Positions 47,500 to 56,342 of a stretch of DNA of 64,000 nucleotides are shown here, piece by piece. This DNA is from a virus (taxonomy: Duplodnaviria; Caudoviricetes): IMG/VR virus record IMGVR_UViG_3300021426_000005. The stretch is one strand, 5' to 3'. Positions within the stretch are counted from its first letter, which is position 1. Every line of letters begins with the position of its first letter. The translations under genes were made by a program, and so were the position numbers. The notes under the pieces are model-generated. The model was not told the DNA's origin. It was given only the letters and a program-made list of their open reading frames with translations, and searched no databases.

Positions 47500-48627
47500 T
47501 TATATTTCGATTGACAGCCCATTCACATCAACCTGTGCATCATCTGTACTTAGCTTAATCGCTCTCTGACCATCTTCAATTGCTGTCCTAATCTTTTCGA
47601 TACCAACGGCAGGGCTGAATGATACAGAATATTCAGAAGTTTGCAGTTTGATCTTATTGTCGATAAGGTTTAACAAATGTAAATCTGAATCAAATGTTAT
47701 CCCATATATCGTCTTAAATCTTGCGATTTTTTCCGGATCACATTTTGTGGATGCCAACAATTCGGCTATAGCATCGGCATCGATCATCACAGGCTTGGTA
47801 TCATCTTTGAACGTATCGTACATATCACTGAGCATATCATTAAGTATATACAGCAGGGAGAAATCAAGATCTTCACCGAAAGCATTCTTGAGAGTCTGCT
47901 TAAATAACTCTGTTTCGGTTACGGAACTGAGCTGCGGTTTGCAACCTAATACGTTTTCGATGAATGATAAATTGGGGCTATCCGGCTTGCTAAGATAATA
48001 TATGACTGAATTTACGTCTGCACTTCTATCATTGAAAGCTGGAAACATAAAACCGTCCGTAGGAGTAGGCTTTACATATAAGTGATTCTCTGTGCTGGTA
48101 GACAGCTGATTTGTACTGAAGTCAAATGCAAATCCAGAATCGATGAACACCACCGGACATATAGCACACACCACAAAGTTATAGTCTTCTCTCCGATATT
48201 TTTCATCAGAACCAGCCGCATTGCGATAAGCGACACTATATGTGAAGTGACCCATTACGACTGCATACGGTCCGGTATAGGATAAATTGTCGGAGATATG
48301 TTCAACATATTCATTGATGATATGATCGGTATTGAAGTTGTCTGTCAGCAAACTATACAGTTTCGACTGTTCGCCACCAGCTTCATAGGCTTCATTCGGG
48401 AAATCATATTCTACAAACTTCTTGCAGAGCTTTGTCGAAATGATCTGACGAAAAATCTTATAATACATATCAAGCTCACGATCCGTAAGCAAAGCAGCCG
48501 AACGATTCTGAGTTGTGCGGATATTTGCTTCAGCATCGACCACAGAAAAGACTACACGATTGAGTACGCAGTAAGGACTATCCACCTTACACACTCTACG
48601 AATTTCTGTAACTTCTTTTTTATTCAT
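47500..48627 (-). CDS. DUF4317 family protein
   Basis: MNKKEVTEIRR...Y.F..CAICPV...P.DGFMFPAFNDRSADVN.V.YY...F.E.VLGC. Confidence 0.8.
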   Translation of the reverse strand: MNKKEVTEIRRVCKVDSPYCVLNRVVFSVVDAEANIRTTQNRSAALLTDRELDMYYKIFRQIISTKLCKKFVEYDFPNEAYEAGGEQSKLYSLLTDNFNTDHIINEYVEHISDNLSYTGPYAVVMGHFTYSVAYRNAAGSDEKYRREDYNFVVCAICPVVFIDSGFAFDFSTNQLSTSTENHLYVKPTPTDGFMFPAFNDRSADVNSVIYYLSKPDSPNLSFIENVLGCKPQLSSVTETELFKQTLKNAFGEDLDFSLLYILNDMLSDMYDTFKDDTKPVMIDADAIAELLASTKCDPEKIARFKTIYGITFDSDLHLLNLIDNKIKLQTSEYSVSFSPAVGIEKIRTAIEDGQRAIKLSTDDAQVDVNGLSIEI

Positions 48628-48629
48628 AT

Positions 48630-49043
48630 TTATTTTCCTCCACTGAAATGGTCAAAGTCCTCTGAATTAGCGTTACCACCATTGATCATGAAATGTGTGT
48701 GTGCGAAATTTAGCTCTTCCAGATGTTCTATAGGTCTCGAAGTAGCATCATATCGAATATGTATGCCTACCGGTAAATAATACGCATCTGTAGGACTTAG
48801 CTGATTATCTGTATACCGTGACCCTATGATTGTTATATCACGACTAAGCAGAAATCTAATGACCTGATTAAAGCCTTCACTTATCTGAGACACATCATCC
48901 GCACAGATTGATGTATCTGAATCGGAATACAAATTGGTACCTTGTGAAATAGTACCTGAATCTATGGACATATCCCCGTCCAACACAGATTCAATCATGT
49001 GAAACAATATCTGCTTCACCTGAATCTTAACATAATCTTTCAT
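48630..49043 (-). CDS. Hypothetical protein
   Basis: ORF track. Confidence 0.5.
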   Translation of the reverse strand: MKDYVKIQVKQILFHMIESVLDGDMSIDSGTISQGTNLYSDSDTSICADDVSQISEGFNQVIRFLLSRDITIIGSRYTDNQLSPTDAYYLPVGIHIRYDATSRPIEHLEELNFAHTHFMINGGNANSEDFDHFSGGK

Positions 49044-49047
49044 GCTA

Positions 49048-49821
49048 TCACGCTCCGTACTTTATAGTCATCAGCAGTTTACTTAATGCCGCATGGTCTG
49101 AAACCCGACTATATGTCATATCATCAAGGCAATTGATACACGGAATAGCCCACCCCGCATGATTAGCCATCATGTACCTAATCACAATCGGTAATGGAGT
49201 AGGTGTTGAATCTGGATACTTTTGTAGCTTCCATACTATAGATGATATCGGATCTTTCAGAGTAATGAATGACATAATTGAAGATAGGTAGTTGAGCTTA
49301 TCTATACTTAAAGAAACCATCAGATCTACATCAGCAAATGATTTCAGGCAGGAACTAAACTTCTGTTCAATCATTCCCGCATTGGGACAATTCGTACTTC
49401 TGAGGTATGATAAAATATCTGAAGTCAACATTGGTGGAACTGATATTCTTATAGATCTGCTGAGTATCGTATCCGGTATCTGACGTATGTTTCTACAAGT
49501 AATCACCACATAAACGTTTTCTGGTGGCTCTTCCAGAAACTTCAACATAGCATATGCTACTCCAACAACACCGCAGTCTAAGTTTTCTATACTCAGCACC
49601 ACATCATTATCCACGCTGTAACAATTATCAATGGCTTCTTTTACGGCATCAACTTTAGGTTCTATAGATAAAAACGCTTCGACCCCCAGCTTGCTTGCAA
49701 AATATCTGGAAAGATAGGATTTACCTACGCCCTGACTACCATCAATTAGTATTGAATGGCTTCTCGTTCTTGCAAGTTCATCCAGAGCTTCTATTGCCGA
49801 TCCCTGATTAATAAGATTCAT
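49048..49821 (-). CDS. holB: Clamp-loader delta-prime-like subunit
   Basis: HSILIDGSQGVGKS, AMLKFLEEPPENVYVVI, IPDTILSRS. Confidence 0.8.
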   Translation of the reverse strand: MNLINQGSAIEALDELARTRSHSILIDGSQGVGKSYLSRYFASKLGVEAFLSIEPKVDAVKEAIDNCYSVDNDVVLSIENLDCGVVGVAYAMLKFLEEPPENVYVVITCRNIRQIPDTILSRSIRISVPPMLTSDILSYLRSTNCPNAGMIEQKFSSCLKSFADVDLMVSLSIDKLNYLSSIMSFITLKDPISSIVWKLQKYPDSTPTPLPIVIRYMMANHAGWAIPCINCLDDMTYSRVSDHAALSKLLMTIKYGA

Positions 49822-50738
49822 TACACCACCCCTAATGCCGGTATCGGTGCATACTGCATTAATGAAAACAGATACACCAACCGATCATAAACGTTGTAAC
49901 CTGTCAGATTTCTGGATTTCTGTAAATCTGCATATATGTGATTGAACATATTGTGTACAGAAGATATATCCCAATCCGATACATACCGACTTAAATCACT
50001 TTTCTGCTTAGAAGATAGAAGTTTTTCCAAATCTAACAGCGTAGACAACATCACATAGAATATAGATTCTTTACTACCGGTATAGTTATCAAGTATGTGA
50101 ATGCAGCTACTATAATTCTTTGCAGCGAAAGCATATCTGAGTTGCTTGTCTACATCTGGCTTGATTGTACCAAACGATTGACCTATCATAGCATCGGTAA
50201 TTCGACTGATCGTCTGTCCGTCCTGAATGTAACTGATAAGCTGACAGATATTATATGCTGACATATAGCTATCCGTAAACTTAACTGCGGAATCTATAAT
50301 ACCATCTGGAAGATCGGGATAATCATTCCTAAGATACTTCCGTATGTAATCCTGACTGATAGTGTCGAAGGGTACAGTGTATTCAGGAAACTGCTTCTCA
50401 CACTTCTTAGCCGCTTTATCGGACTCATATATACAAACAACAGTCCCGATAATCTTCAGTTTCTTTATATCATCGACAGATATACCAGAAGTAAGAAAAC
50501 TATCATCATATCGAACTATATAGAGCTGTGGGGTAAGCGGAGGAAAATGCTTTGTTCGCATAATACTCATGACCTCAGCCATTGTGTCAAATTCTGTGCA
50601 TTTACCATAGTATCGGAAAAGATGTGCTAAATACTTGTACTTAACACCATATTCATTACCTATGAATATGTAAAACGGTCCCGGATTATCAGTAAGAATC
50701 TGAGATCCGGCGGTCTGGATACTAAGCACAGCAGTCAA
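49821..50738 (-). CDS. holA: Clamp-loader delta-like subunit
   Basis: PFYIFIGNEY N-terminus typical of HolA; degenerate AAA+; adjacent to holB. Confidence 0.55.
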   Translation of the reverse strand: MTAVLSIQTAGSQILTDNPGPFYIFIGNEYGVKYKYLAHLFRYYGKCTEFDTMAEVMSIMRTKHFPPLTPQLYIVRYDDSFLTSGISVDDIKKLKIIGTVVCIYESDKAAKKCEKQFPEYTVPFDTISQDYIRKYLRNDYPDLPDGIIDSAVKFTDSYMSAYNICQLISYIQDGQTISRITDAMIGQSFGTIKPDVDKQLRYAFAAKNYSSCIHILDNYTGSKESIFYVMLSTLLDLEKLLSSKQKSDLSRYVSDWDISSVHNMFNHIYADLQKSRNLTGYNVYDRLVYLFSLMQYAPIPALGVV

Positions 50739-51013
50739 CTCCTATCTTCATAATAATCATCCTCTTCATAATCATCCTCTTCAGCAGAATCTGAGCTATC
50801 GAGTAGATGATATATGTGTAATGGGATACAAATTATCTGAAAAGCAACCCACAAAGGGAGCAGTATAGGATAAAACCAAGCAATGCCTACTATATCTTCA
50901 TCTTCCAAATCTAACTTGTGACACACTACTGTTGTAATACATACACCAAGTAGATATATGAAAACAACAATTCCTACAAGTACCGGCTTACTCAAATTAT
51001 CAATTCCAAGCAT
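50735..51013 (-). CDS. Small membrane protein
   Basis: Two hydrophobic segments and an acidic tail. Confidence 0.55.
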   Translation of the reverse strand: MLGIDNLSKPVLVGIVVFIYLLGVCITTVVCHKLDLEDEDIVGIAWFYPILLPLWVAFQIICIPLHIYHLLDSSDSAEEDDYEEDDYYEDRS

Positions 51014-51290
51014 ATTTTTGCCTCATTTCACGAATTTTACGATCAGCTAGTCTTAAAATCTTCAAAGAAAGTGCATAAGGTAGAGTCTGCTGGGTACCGT
51101 CTGGATTAGAAAGTACATGAACACATTCGACATAAGTATCATCTGACCCATGATATATGCGAAGTTCTATGTGTCCAAAATGTTCTATCATAACATACAC
51201 TACACCATATTCATCTTCGGAAATCTTTGCATATCCATGAGATTTCAGTTTGTTATCAATAGAACTAAGCATCTTCTGACCGCCTATCAA
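51000..51290 (-). CDS. Hypothetical protein
   Basis: ORF track. Confidence 0.5.
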   Translation of the reverse strand: MIGGQKMLSSIDNKLKSHGYAKISEDEYGVVYVMIEHFGHIELRIYHGSDDTYVECVHVLSNPDGTQQTLPYALSLKILRLADRKIREMRQKYAWN

Positions 51291-51795
51291 TAAATTCCTT
51301 GAAGTAAGCTAAGGTCATGAGCATCAAGGCTTCCCCTTCTATATACAACGACCCATATCCCCCACACTTCATAATAGCATGATTTTTAGCATGACTGAAT
51401 GAAAAGGATTTTGCAGATTCTCTTAGCTGACAATTTAGTTCTGTGTCAGGAAGATCTTCATACTTCGGCTTACGAATAATAGCATATGTGTCCGGAATCT
51501 TCTGGGATCCGTTATCTACAAATAACACAGGTTTACGCATCTTAGAATCGGCTTCATTGGATAGCTTCTTCCAAACAGACTTACTTATAGTTATCTTATC
51601 TCGGATTTCGGTATGTGTTTTACATTCACACAACCAAGTTGTTGATTGTACATCACCCGGATTAAATGGTCTTGCTCCACTGGCAGATACCACCGACCAC
51701 CCAAGGTGATCGGCGATTCTGCTTTCCTGCAAAGAGCTATAATACTTAGTCGGCTTCTTCTGATTCATCCTTATCAGCTCCGTTAATATCATCAA
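51265..51795 (-). CDS. PD-(D/E)xK nuclease, Holliday junction resolvase-like
   Basis: QE..IA..LG....SGA....GDV....LCECKT. Confidence 0.7.
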   Translation of the reverse strand: MMILTELIRMNQKKPTKYYSSLQESRIADHLGWSVVSASGARPFNPGDVQSTTWLCECKTHTEIRDKITISKSVWKKLSNEADSKMRKPVLFVDNGSQKIPDTYAIIRKPKYEDLPDTELNCQLRESAKSFSFSHAKNHAIMKCGGYGSLYIEGEALMLMTLAYFKEFIDRRSEDA

Positions 51796-52912
51796 GAATA
51801 AACTTCTTCAGCTTAGTATAGTATTCAGCATTGGCATTTAGGTAGTCATATACCTTACCTAAGCCATTTACCTTGATAGGCTTTCCGGTCTCAGCATTCA
51901 TGAGGACTTCCCCGGTTTCGGGATCAACGAAACCATACCAACCAGCAGACTTCTTGATAAGATTATACTTATTGATAGCAAGTGTAGCATAGTCAAAATC
52001 GGGTCTGATACCACTCTGGAACATAAGATAGTATGTACCCAGCTTTCTGTCATTGGGTGCTGTTTTCTGCTTTGTAAGAGTAGCATGAATAAGACAACCA
52101 GCTGGATTTTCAGTGTTCTGAGGAAGTTCATTTCCCAGGTAATCTACAGGCTTACCCTTTCGCATATATAGTCTCAAAGATGAAAAGAATTTATTCGCTT
52201 TGCCACCAGGAGTATTGACCACATAAGGATTGTCCAGATTATCTCTAATCTGGTTTATAGTTACCAAGGTGCACCTATATCTTGCAAGCAGAGGTACCAC
52301 AAGCGTGTCGAAGTTGGTGATGATACCGGCAAGTGCAGCTACAGTCCGTTCTCCTACTTTCTTCTCAAGTACAGATTTCGGAATAATTGCAGGTATTGAA
52401 TCTAGAACTACCATTCCAACTTCCCCAGTCGCAATCAAATCCCTTACTGTCTGCAAAATATCCTCACCCATAACATTTGGGGGCTGCATTACATCCAGCT
52501 TTGAAAGATCAACCCCAAGGGTTTCAGCCCACTTCACATCAAAAGAATGTTCAAGATCTACATAGAGAACTTTCTTTGGTCCCAGCTCTTGCAATTCTTC
52601 CAATTCATCTTCGGCATCATGATCTCCGGAAGATAATTTCTGCTGAAGCTGTTCGATTTTTTCATTATACTCAGCTTCAAACAGCTGATAGGCATTCTTA
52701 CAAAGGTCTAATGAAGTTGTGGTCTTTCCACTACCATTATCACCGTATATTTCAATAATACGATTTCTTGGTATACCACCGTAGGTAAACCAATTCATGA
52801 GTGGAGAAGAAAATGGAATCCTTTCACCAACCACTTCATATACTGAGTTCATGAGATTTTTGCAATCCCACTCCTTTGCCTTCTTCTTGAGAATATCTGC
52901 ATAGCTCATCAA
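51746..52912 (-). CDS. recA: RecA/UvsX recombinase
   Basis: GGIPRNRIIEIYGDNGSGKTT, YVDLEH, VVLDS, INQIRD, TPGGKA.KFFSS.RL. Confidence 0.93.
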   Translation of the reverse strand: MMSYADILKKKAKEWDCKNLMNSVYEVVGERIPFSSPLMNWFTYGGIPRNRIIEIYGDNGSGKTTTSLDLCKNAYQLFEAEYNEKIEQLQQKLSSGDHDAEDELEELQELGPKKVLYVDLEHSFDVKWAETLGVDLSKLDVMQPPNVMGEDILQTVRDLIATGEVGMVVLDSIPAIIPKSVLEKKVGERTVAALAGIITNFDTLVVPLLARYRCTLVTINQIRDNLDNPYVVNTPGGKANKFFSSLRLYMRKGKPVDYLGNELPQNTENPAGCLIHATLTKQKTAPNDRKLGTYYLMFQSGIRPDFDYATLAINKYNLIKKSAGWYGFVDPETGEVLMNAETGKPIKVNGLGKVYDYLNANAEYYTKLKKFILDDINGADKDESEEAD

Positions 52913-53430
52913 TAGCCACCCCCATATATAGGTGTTTTCTTATTGGGATCAATAGGTGCTACTGGATTGCTTTGCTCAGATCTTCTCCGGGCATCCCACA
53001 CCTTTTTCGCACCCATAATCAGTTCTCTGGAAAATGATATTTCACTTTCTATCCTATCTAGTAGCCCTTGATATGAAACAAGAAAAATCTTATCCTCTAT
53101 GGTAGACATACTTGCTTCTTCTTTCTTTGCTGCCGCTGATTTCTCCGTAGAATTTTTCAGGGCTTCATGTTCCAGTTGCTTTACACGAAGTTTTCCAACT
53201 TCGGCAGCTGTACGGAGATCACTGACCTTACCGCTGACATCGAATAAGGTCAAAGGTAATGATATGAGAATCCAATTGAGCTCGTCATCGGTTATTGGTC
53301 GTGCTTTTGACTTCAACCTATCGAACAGTTCTCTGGTCTCCCGGAAATATGGTGCGAATTCTCTATCATAATAATCGTGACAGAATTGATTGACTTCTGA
53401 CACATAATCCGGCATTTTCACAGCAATCAC
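52909..53430 (-). CDS. Helical protein, possible UvsY-like recombination mediator
   Basis: Coiled-coil protein next to recA; positional inference. Confidence 0.4.
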   Translation of the reverse strand: MIAVKMPDYVSEVNQFCHDYYDREFAPYFRETRELFDRLKSKARPITDDELNWILISLPLTLFDVSGKVSDLRTAAEVGKLRVKQLEHEALKNSTEKSAAAKKEEASMSTIEDKIFLVSYQGLLDRIESEISFSRELIMGAKKVWDARRRSEQSNPVAPIDPNKKTPIYGGGY

Positions 53431-53431
53431 C

Positions 53432-54484
53432 TCACTTTGTTACGGTACACAGCCGGGTCAGCACTACCTCTTGTAGATAATTAGTGGATCTAAGATCCTG
53501 ATTGATCTGCAAAAGAATATTGGCCAGCTTCAAACACACGTTGAAATGTTTTATATTATACTTTGACAGCTTATCTTCATAATGAGCTGGAATTGTGGTT
53601 CTGTTGATATCATGAAGCATAATGTACTTCACAATGTTCATCACAAAGGAATGGAAATCCTCAAACCACTTAATGAAGTTCTTTCCTGAGTTGTAAACCT
53701 GATCTACTGTCTGTGTGATTGACTCGTTATCACGCTTTGCTATAGCGGATAACAGAGCGAAATAATCATCATAGTTTGACAGCCCCAAGGCTTCCGATAC
53801 TGTAGTTGAAGTAACTTCTTTAGAGTATATCAAAACCTTATCAAGCAAGGTCAGTGCATCACGCATACCGCCATTGGCTAACTTAGCTAAGAATCCAACG
53901 CCGGTATCATCATACTTGATATTAGCACCTTCTGCATTTTCCATATCGATAACTGCCTTGATCCTCGATGTGATACCAGAAAGGCTTATCTTTGAAAGCT
54001 GAAACTGCTGAACCCTAGAAGTAATAGTCTTGGGAATTTTCTCAGGATTTGTGGTACATAAAAAGAAGCAAGTTCTTGCTGGACCTTCTTCCAAGGTTTT
54101 GAGTAGGACACCCCATGCCTGGGAGGACAACGCGTGACACTCATCTATAATTAAAATTTTGAACTTACCAACCAGAGGATAAGTCTTAGCCTGTGCAACA
54201 ATGTCTCTCATCGAATCAGCTCCACTGTTTGAAGCGGCATCTAATTCAATGATCTCACCTTCACCATTATTAAGTTTGTTACCCATCATCCTCGATAGAC
54301 TCGTCTTTCCGCAGCCAGCGGGACCGGTAAGCAAAAAGTTCCTATTGGATATTTCCTTAGCTTCACAGATACTTTTCAGTATCTGTACTGTAAGGCTCTG
54401 TTCGACCATATCTTCCCATTCTTTAGGTCTATACTTAGTAGCTAATGACATTTCACCACTCCTGACATTTGAGCCGATACTCAC
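53432..54484 (-). CDS. dnaX: Clamp-loader ATPase gamma/tau-like subunit
   Basis: LATKYRP, GPAGCGKTS, ELDAASNSG, IIDECHAL, LLKTLEE, TITSR, GGMRDALTLLD. Confidence 0.92.
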   Translation of the reverse strand: MSIGSNVRSGEMSLATKYRPKEWEDMVEQSLTVQILKSICEAKEISNRNFLLTGPAGCGKTSLSRMMGNKLNNGEGEIIELDAASNSGADSMRDIVAQAKTYPLVGKFKILIIDECHALSSQAWGVLLKTLEEGPARTCFFLCTTNPEKIPKTITSRVQQFQLSKISLSGITSRIKAVIDMENAEGANIKYDDTGVGFLAKLANGGMRDALTLLDKVLIYSKEVTSTTVSEALGLSNYDDYFALLSAIAKRDNESITQTVDQVYNSGKNFIKWFEDFHSFVMNIVKYIMLHDINRTTIPAHYEDKLSKYNIKHFNVCLKLANILLQINQDLRSTNYLQEVVLTRLCTVTK

Positions 54485-55217
54485 AGTTCCGGCACATATA
54501 ATCTGTAGCTGGCAGCCTTTCTGGAGCTATGCTCTTTTCAGCACAATCCTGAACATATTCCATATCCGACTTCACTTGTTGCATTTCCGGAAGGGATATG
54601 GTAGATTCATAACACTTCAGTCCACCGTATTGCCGATCTACATACAGGGTGAGTACCTTAGAGATATTCAGTATAGTGCTGTAAGTCCTTATCTGATCTT
54701 TATGATGTTGCTTTGTTTCCACAAGAGAATCCCAGCTACTATATTCAGAACTCTTGATTTCAAGCAAATAGTGATTTCCAGATAGCTTTAATATTCCATC
54801 ACAAGCAAACTTCATAGGTGGATTTTTGATACTCACCAAGGTTTCGTATCCCTTTTTAGATAGAGAATATTCATAGGGGATCGGATTTTCTTTTAAGTAG
54901 TCTTCTACAGATACCCAGTCAGCACCTAATGCTGTAGATAATGTTTCTTGCACAAGCTCATGAATAGCTGTGCCGATTTTTGCCGTGAAATCCAGCACAA
55001 GATCTGGATTAGATAGAAAATCCGGCTGTGTACCCCTCAACCGAAACCAGGATTTGCGCTTACATCGAATCGAAGAGGGGGCAAATGTGCAAGAACTTGG
55101 TCTTGCACATTCACTCTGAATTCTCTGCTGAGTAGCGGTTTCGTATATGGATATCAGCTTGTTGCTTGCATCGGAATTGAATTTTGCTAAATGGGCGAAA
55201 TCAATCTCACGAAACAT
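54453..55217 (-). CDS. Cas4-like PD-(D/E)xK exonuclease
   Basis: PSSIRC, GTAIHE, CDGIL, LLEIKS, Q..TY, CRNCEY...C. Confidence 0.8.
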   Translation of the reverse strand: MFREIDFAHLAKFNSDASNKLISIYETATQQRIQSECARPSSCTFAPSSIRCKRKSWFRLRGTQPDFLSNPDLVLDFTAKIGTAIHELVQETLSTALGADWVSVEDYLKENPIPYEYSLSKKGYETLVSIKNPPMKFACDGILKLSGNHYLLEIKSSEYSSWDSLVETKQHHKDQIRTYSTILNISKVLTLYVDRQYGGLKCYESTISLPEMQQVKSDMEYVQDCAEKSIAPERLPATDYMCRNCEYRLKCQEW

Positions 55218-56331
55218 CTACATCATCTACCTTGCTGCCAAGAACAGTTGTAAAGCTATCACCCACGATTGTGATACCTACAATCGCACCCTCAGAAACT
55301 GATGGGTATACGGTGATCTTGTTATCAGGAGACTTATTGATTACTGACTTAAAAATAGTCAGATCGAATGTCAGGCTGTAAGGTTCAGATACTTCACCTT
55401 CGGCAGCAATAGTAGAATCTACATTACTATCCTTGATCCGAAGTTCGTTAGTCTTAACTTCCACACCGATTTCAGGTTCAACTGCGGAAGTCAGTAGGGT
55501 AGCCTGATTCAATGCAGCGTTCAGCTCACCGATCTCAAGGGTTACACCATCAGCATCATTACCGGTCATTAGTCCGAGGATTACTTCGTGGGGATACGCA
55601 GATACAGTAGCTTCATCCGTTACGAATTCAAGCTGTGCGTAATAGTCATAGCTGTCAGCCTTTACTACTACGGTGTAAACATCACCTATCACGAACTTAG
55701 CGTCCGCAGGCATTGTAGCCATAAGGTTTACGATGAATGAAGACACAAGGCAATTCTTATCCAGCTGACCATTCTTGCTGGTATTAAACAGCGAATGCAC
55801 ATAATCTCCGGAAATAACATCAGAATCTTCGCCGAAGAAGAAATATGTATATACAGGAGATGGTTTAGTTACTTTGGAAAGAGCATAAGCCTGGTGATCC
55901 TTAACATACTTCCAACCGGCCACATCTACATTATCAGCTGATTCAATAGCTTCTGCGGAAGGAACTACCGGAGCAGCAAGTGACATACCATCCCAGTTAT
56001 CATCACGTTCTACAGAAAGAGTTGTCTTTCCAGCCTTGATTTTCAGACAATTCTCTTCAAAACAAAGAGTAACCTGAGCAGCACTGATTGAGTTGATAAG
56101 TGACTTAAAAAGATTGATATCAGCAAGGAAAGAAGCTGATTCATCAGTCCCTGTACCATGAAGCCTAACCTCGGCCTTGATGCCGGTAGACTGGGTATTC
56201 AGCTTCAGCATAGTCTTATCAGCTGTAAGCTCGATGATCATACTTCTGGGATTAGCATTTGTAATATTACCACCGATAACAGACATTGATACTGCCTGCT
56301 TCAATGGCTTCGTACTCAGTGTAAATTCCAT
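55207..56331 (-). CDS. dnaN: Sliding clamp, beta-like
   Basis: 374 aa, MEFTLSTKPLKQAV N-terminus, YP..., EL.AAL.QA.L pattern; sits between polA and the clamp loader. Confidence 0.7.
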   Translation of the reverse strand: MEFTLSTKPLKQAVSMSVIGGNITNANPRSMIIELTADKTMLKLNTQSTGIKAEVRLHGTGTDESASFLADINLFKSLINSISAAQVTLCFEENCLKIKAGKTTLSVERDDNWDGMSLAAPVVPSAEAIESADNVDVAGWKYVKDHQAYALSKVTKPSPVYTYFFFGEDSDVISGDYVHSLFNTSKNGQLDKNCLVSSFIVNLMATMPADAKFVIGDVYTVVVKADSYDYYAQLEFVTDEATVSAYPHEVILGLMTGNDADGVTLEIGELNAALNQATLLTSAVEPEIGVEVKTNELRIKDSNVDSTIAAEGEVSEPYSLTFDLTIFKSVINKSPDNKITVYPSVSEGAIVGITIVGDSFTTVLGSKVDDVDVS

Positions 56332-56342
56332 AAAAACACTCC

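Noticed and set aside
54453-55217. Cas4-like gene as an adaptation module for the array
   Set aside because: It lies 30 kb away inside the replication operon; solo Cas4-like exonucleases are common in phages.
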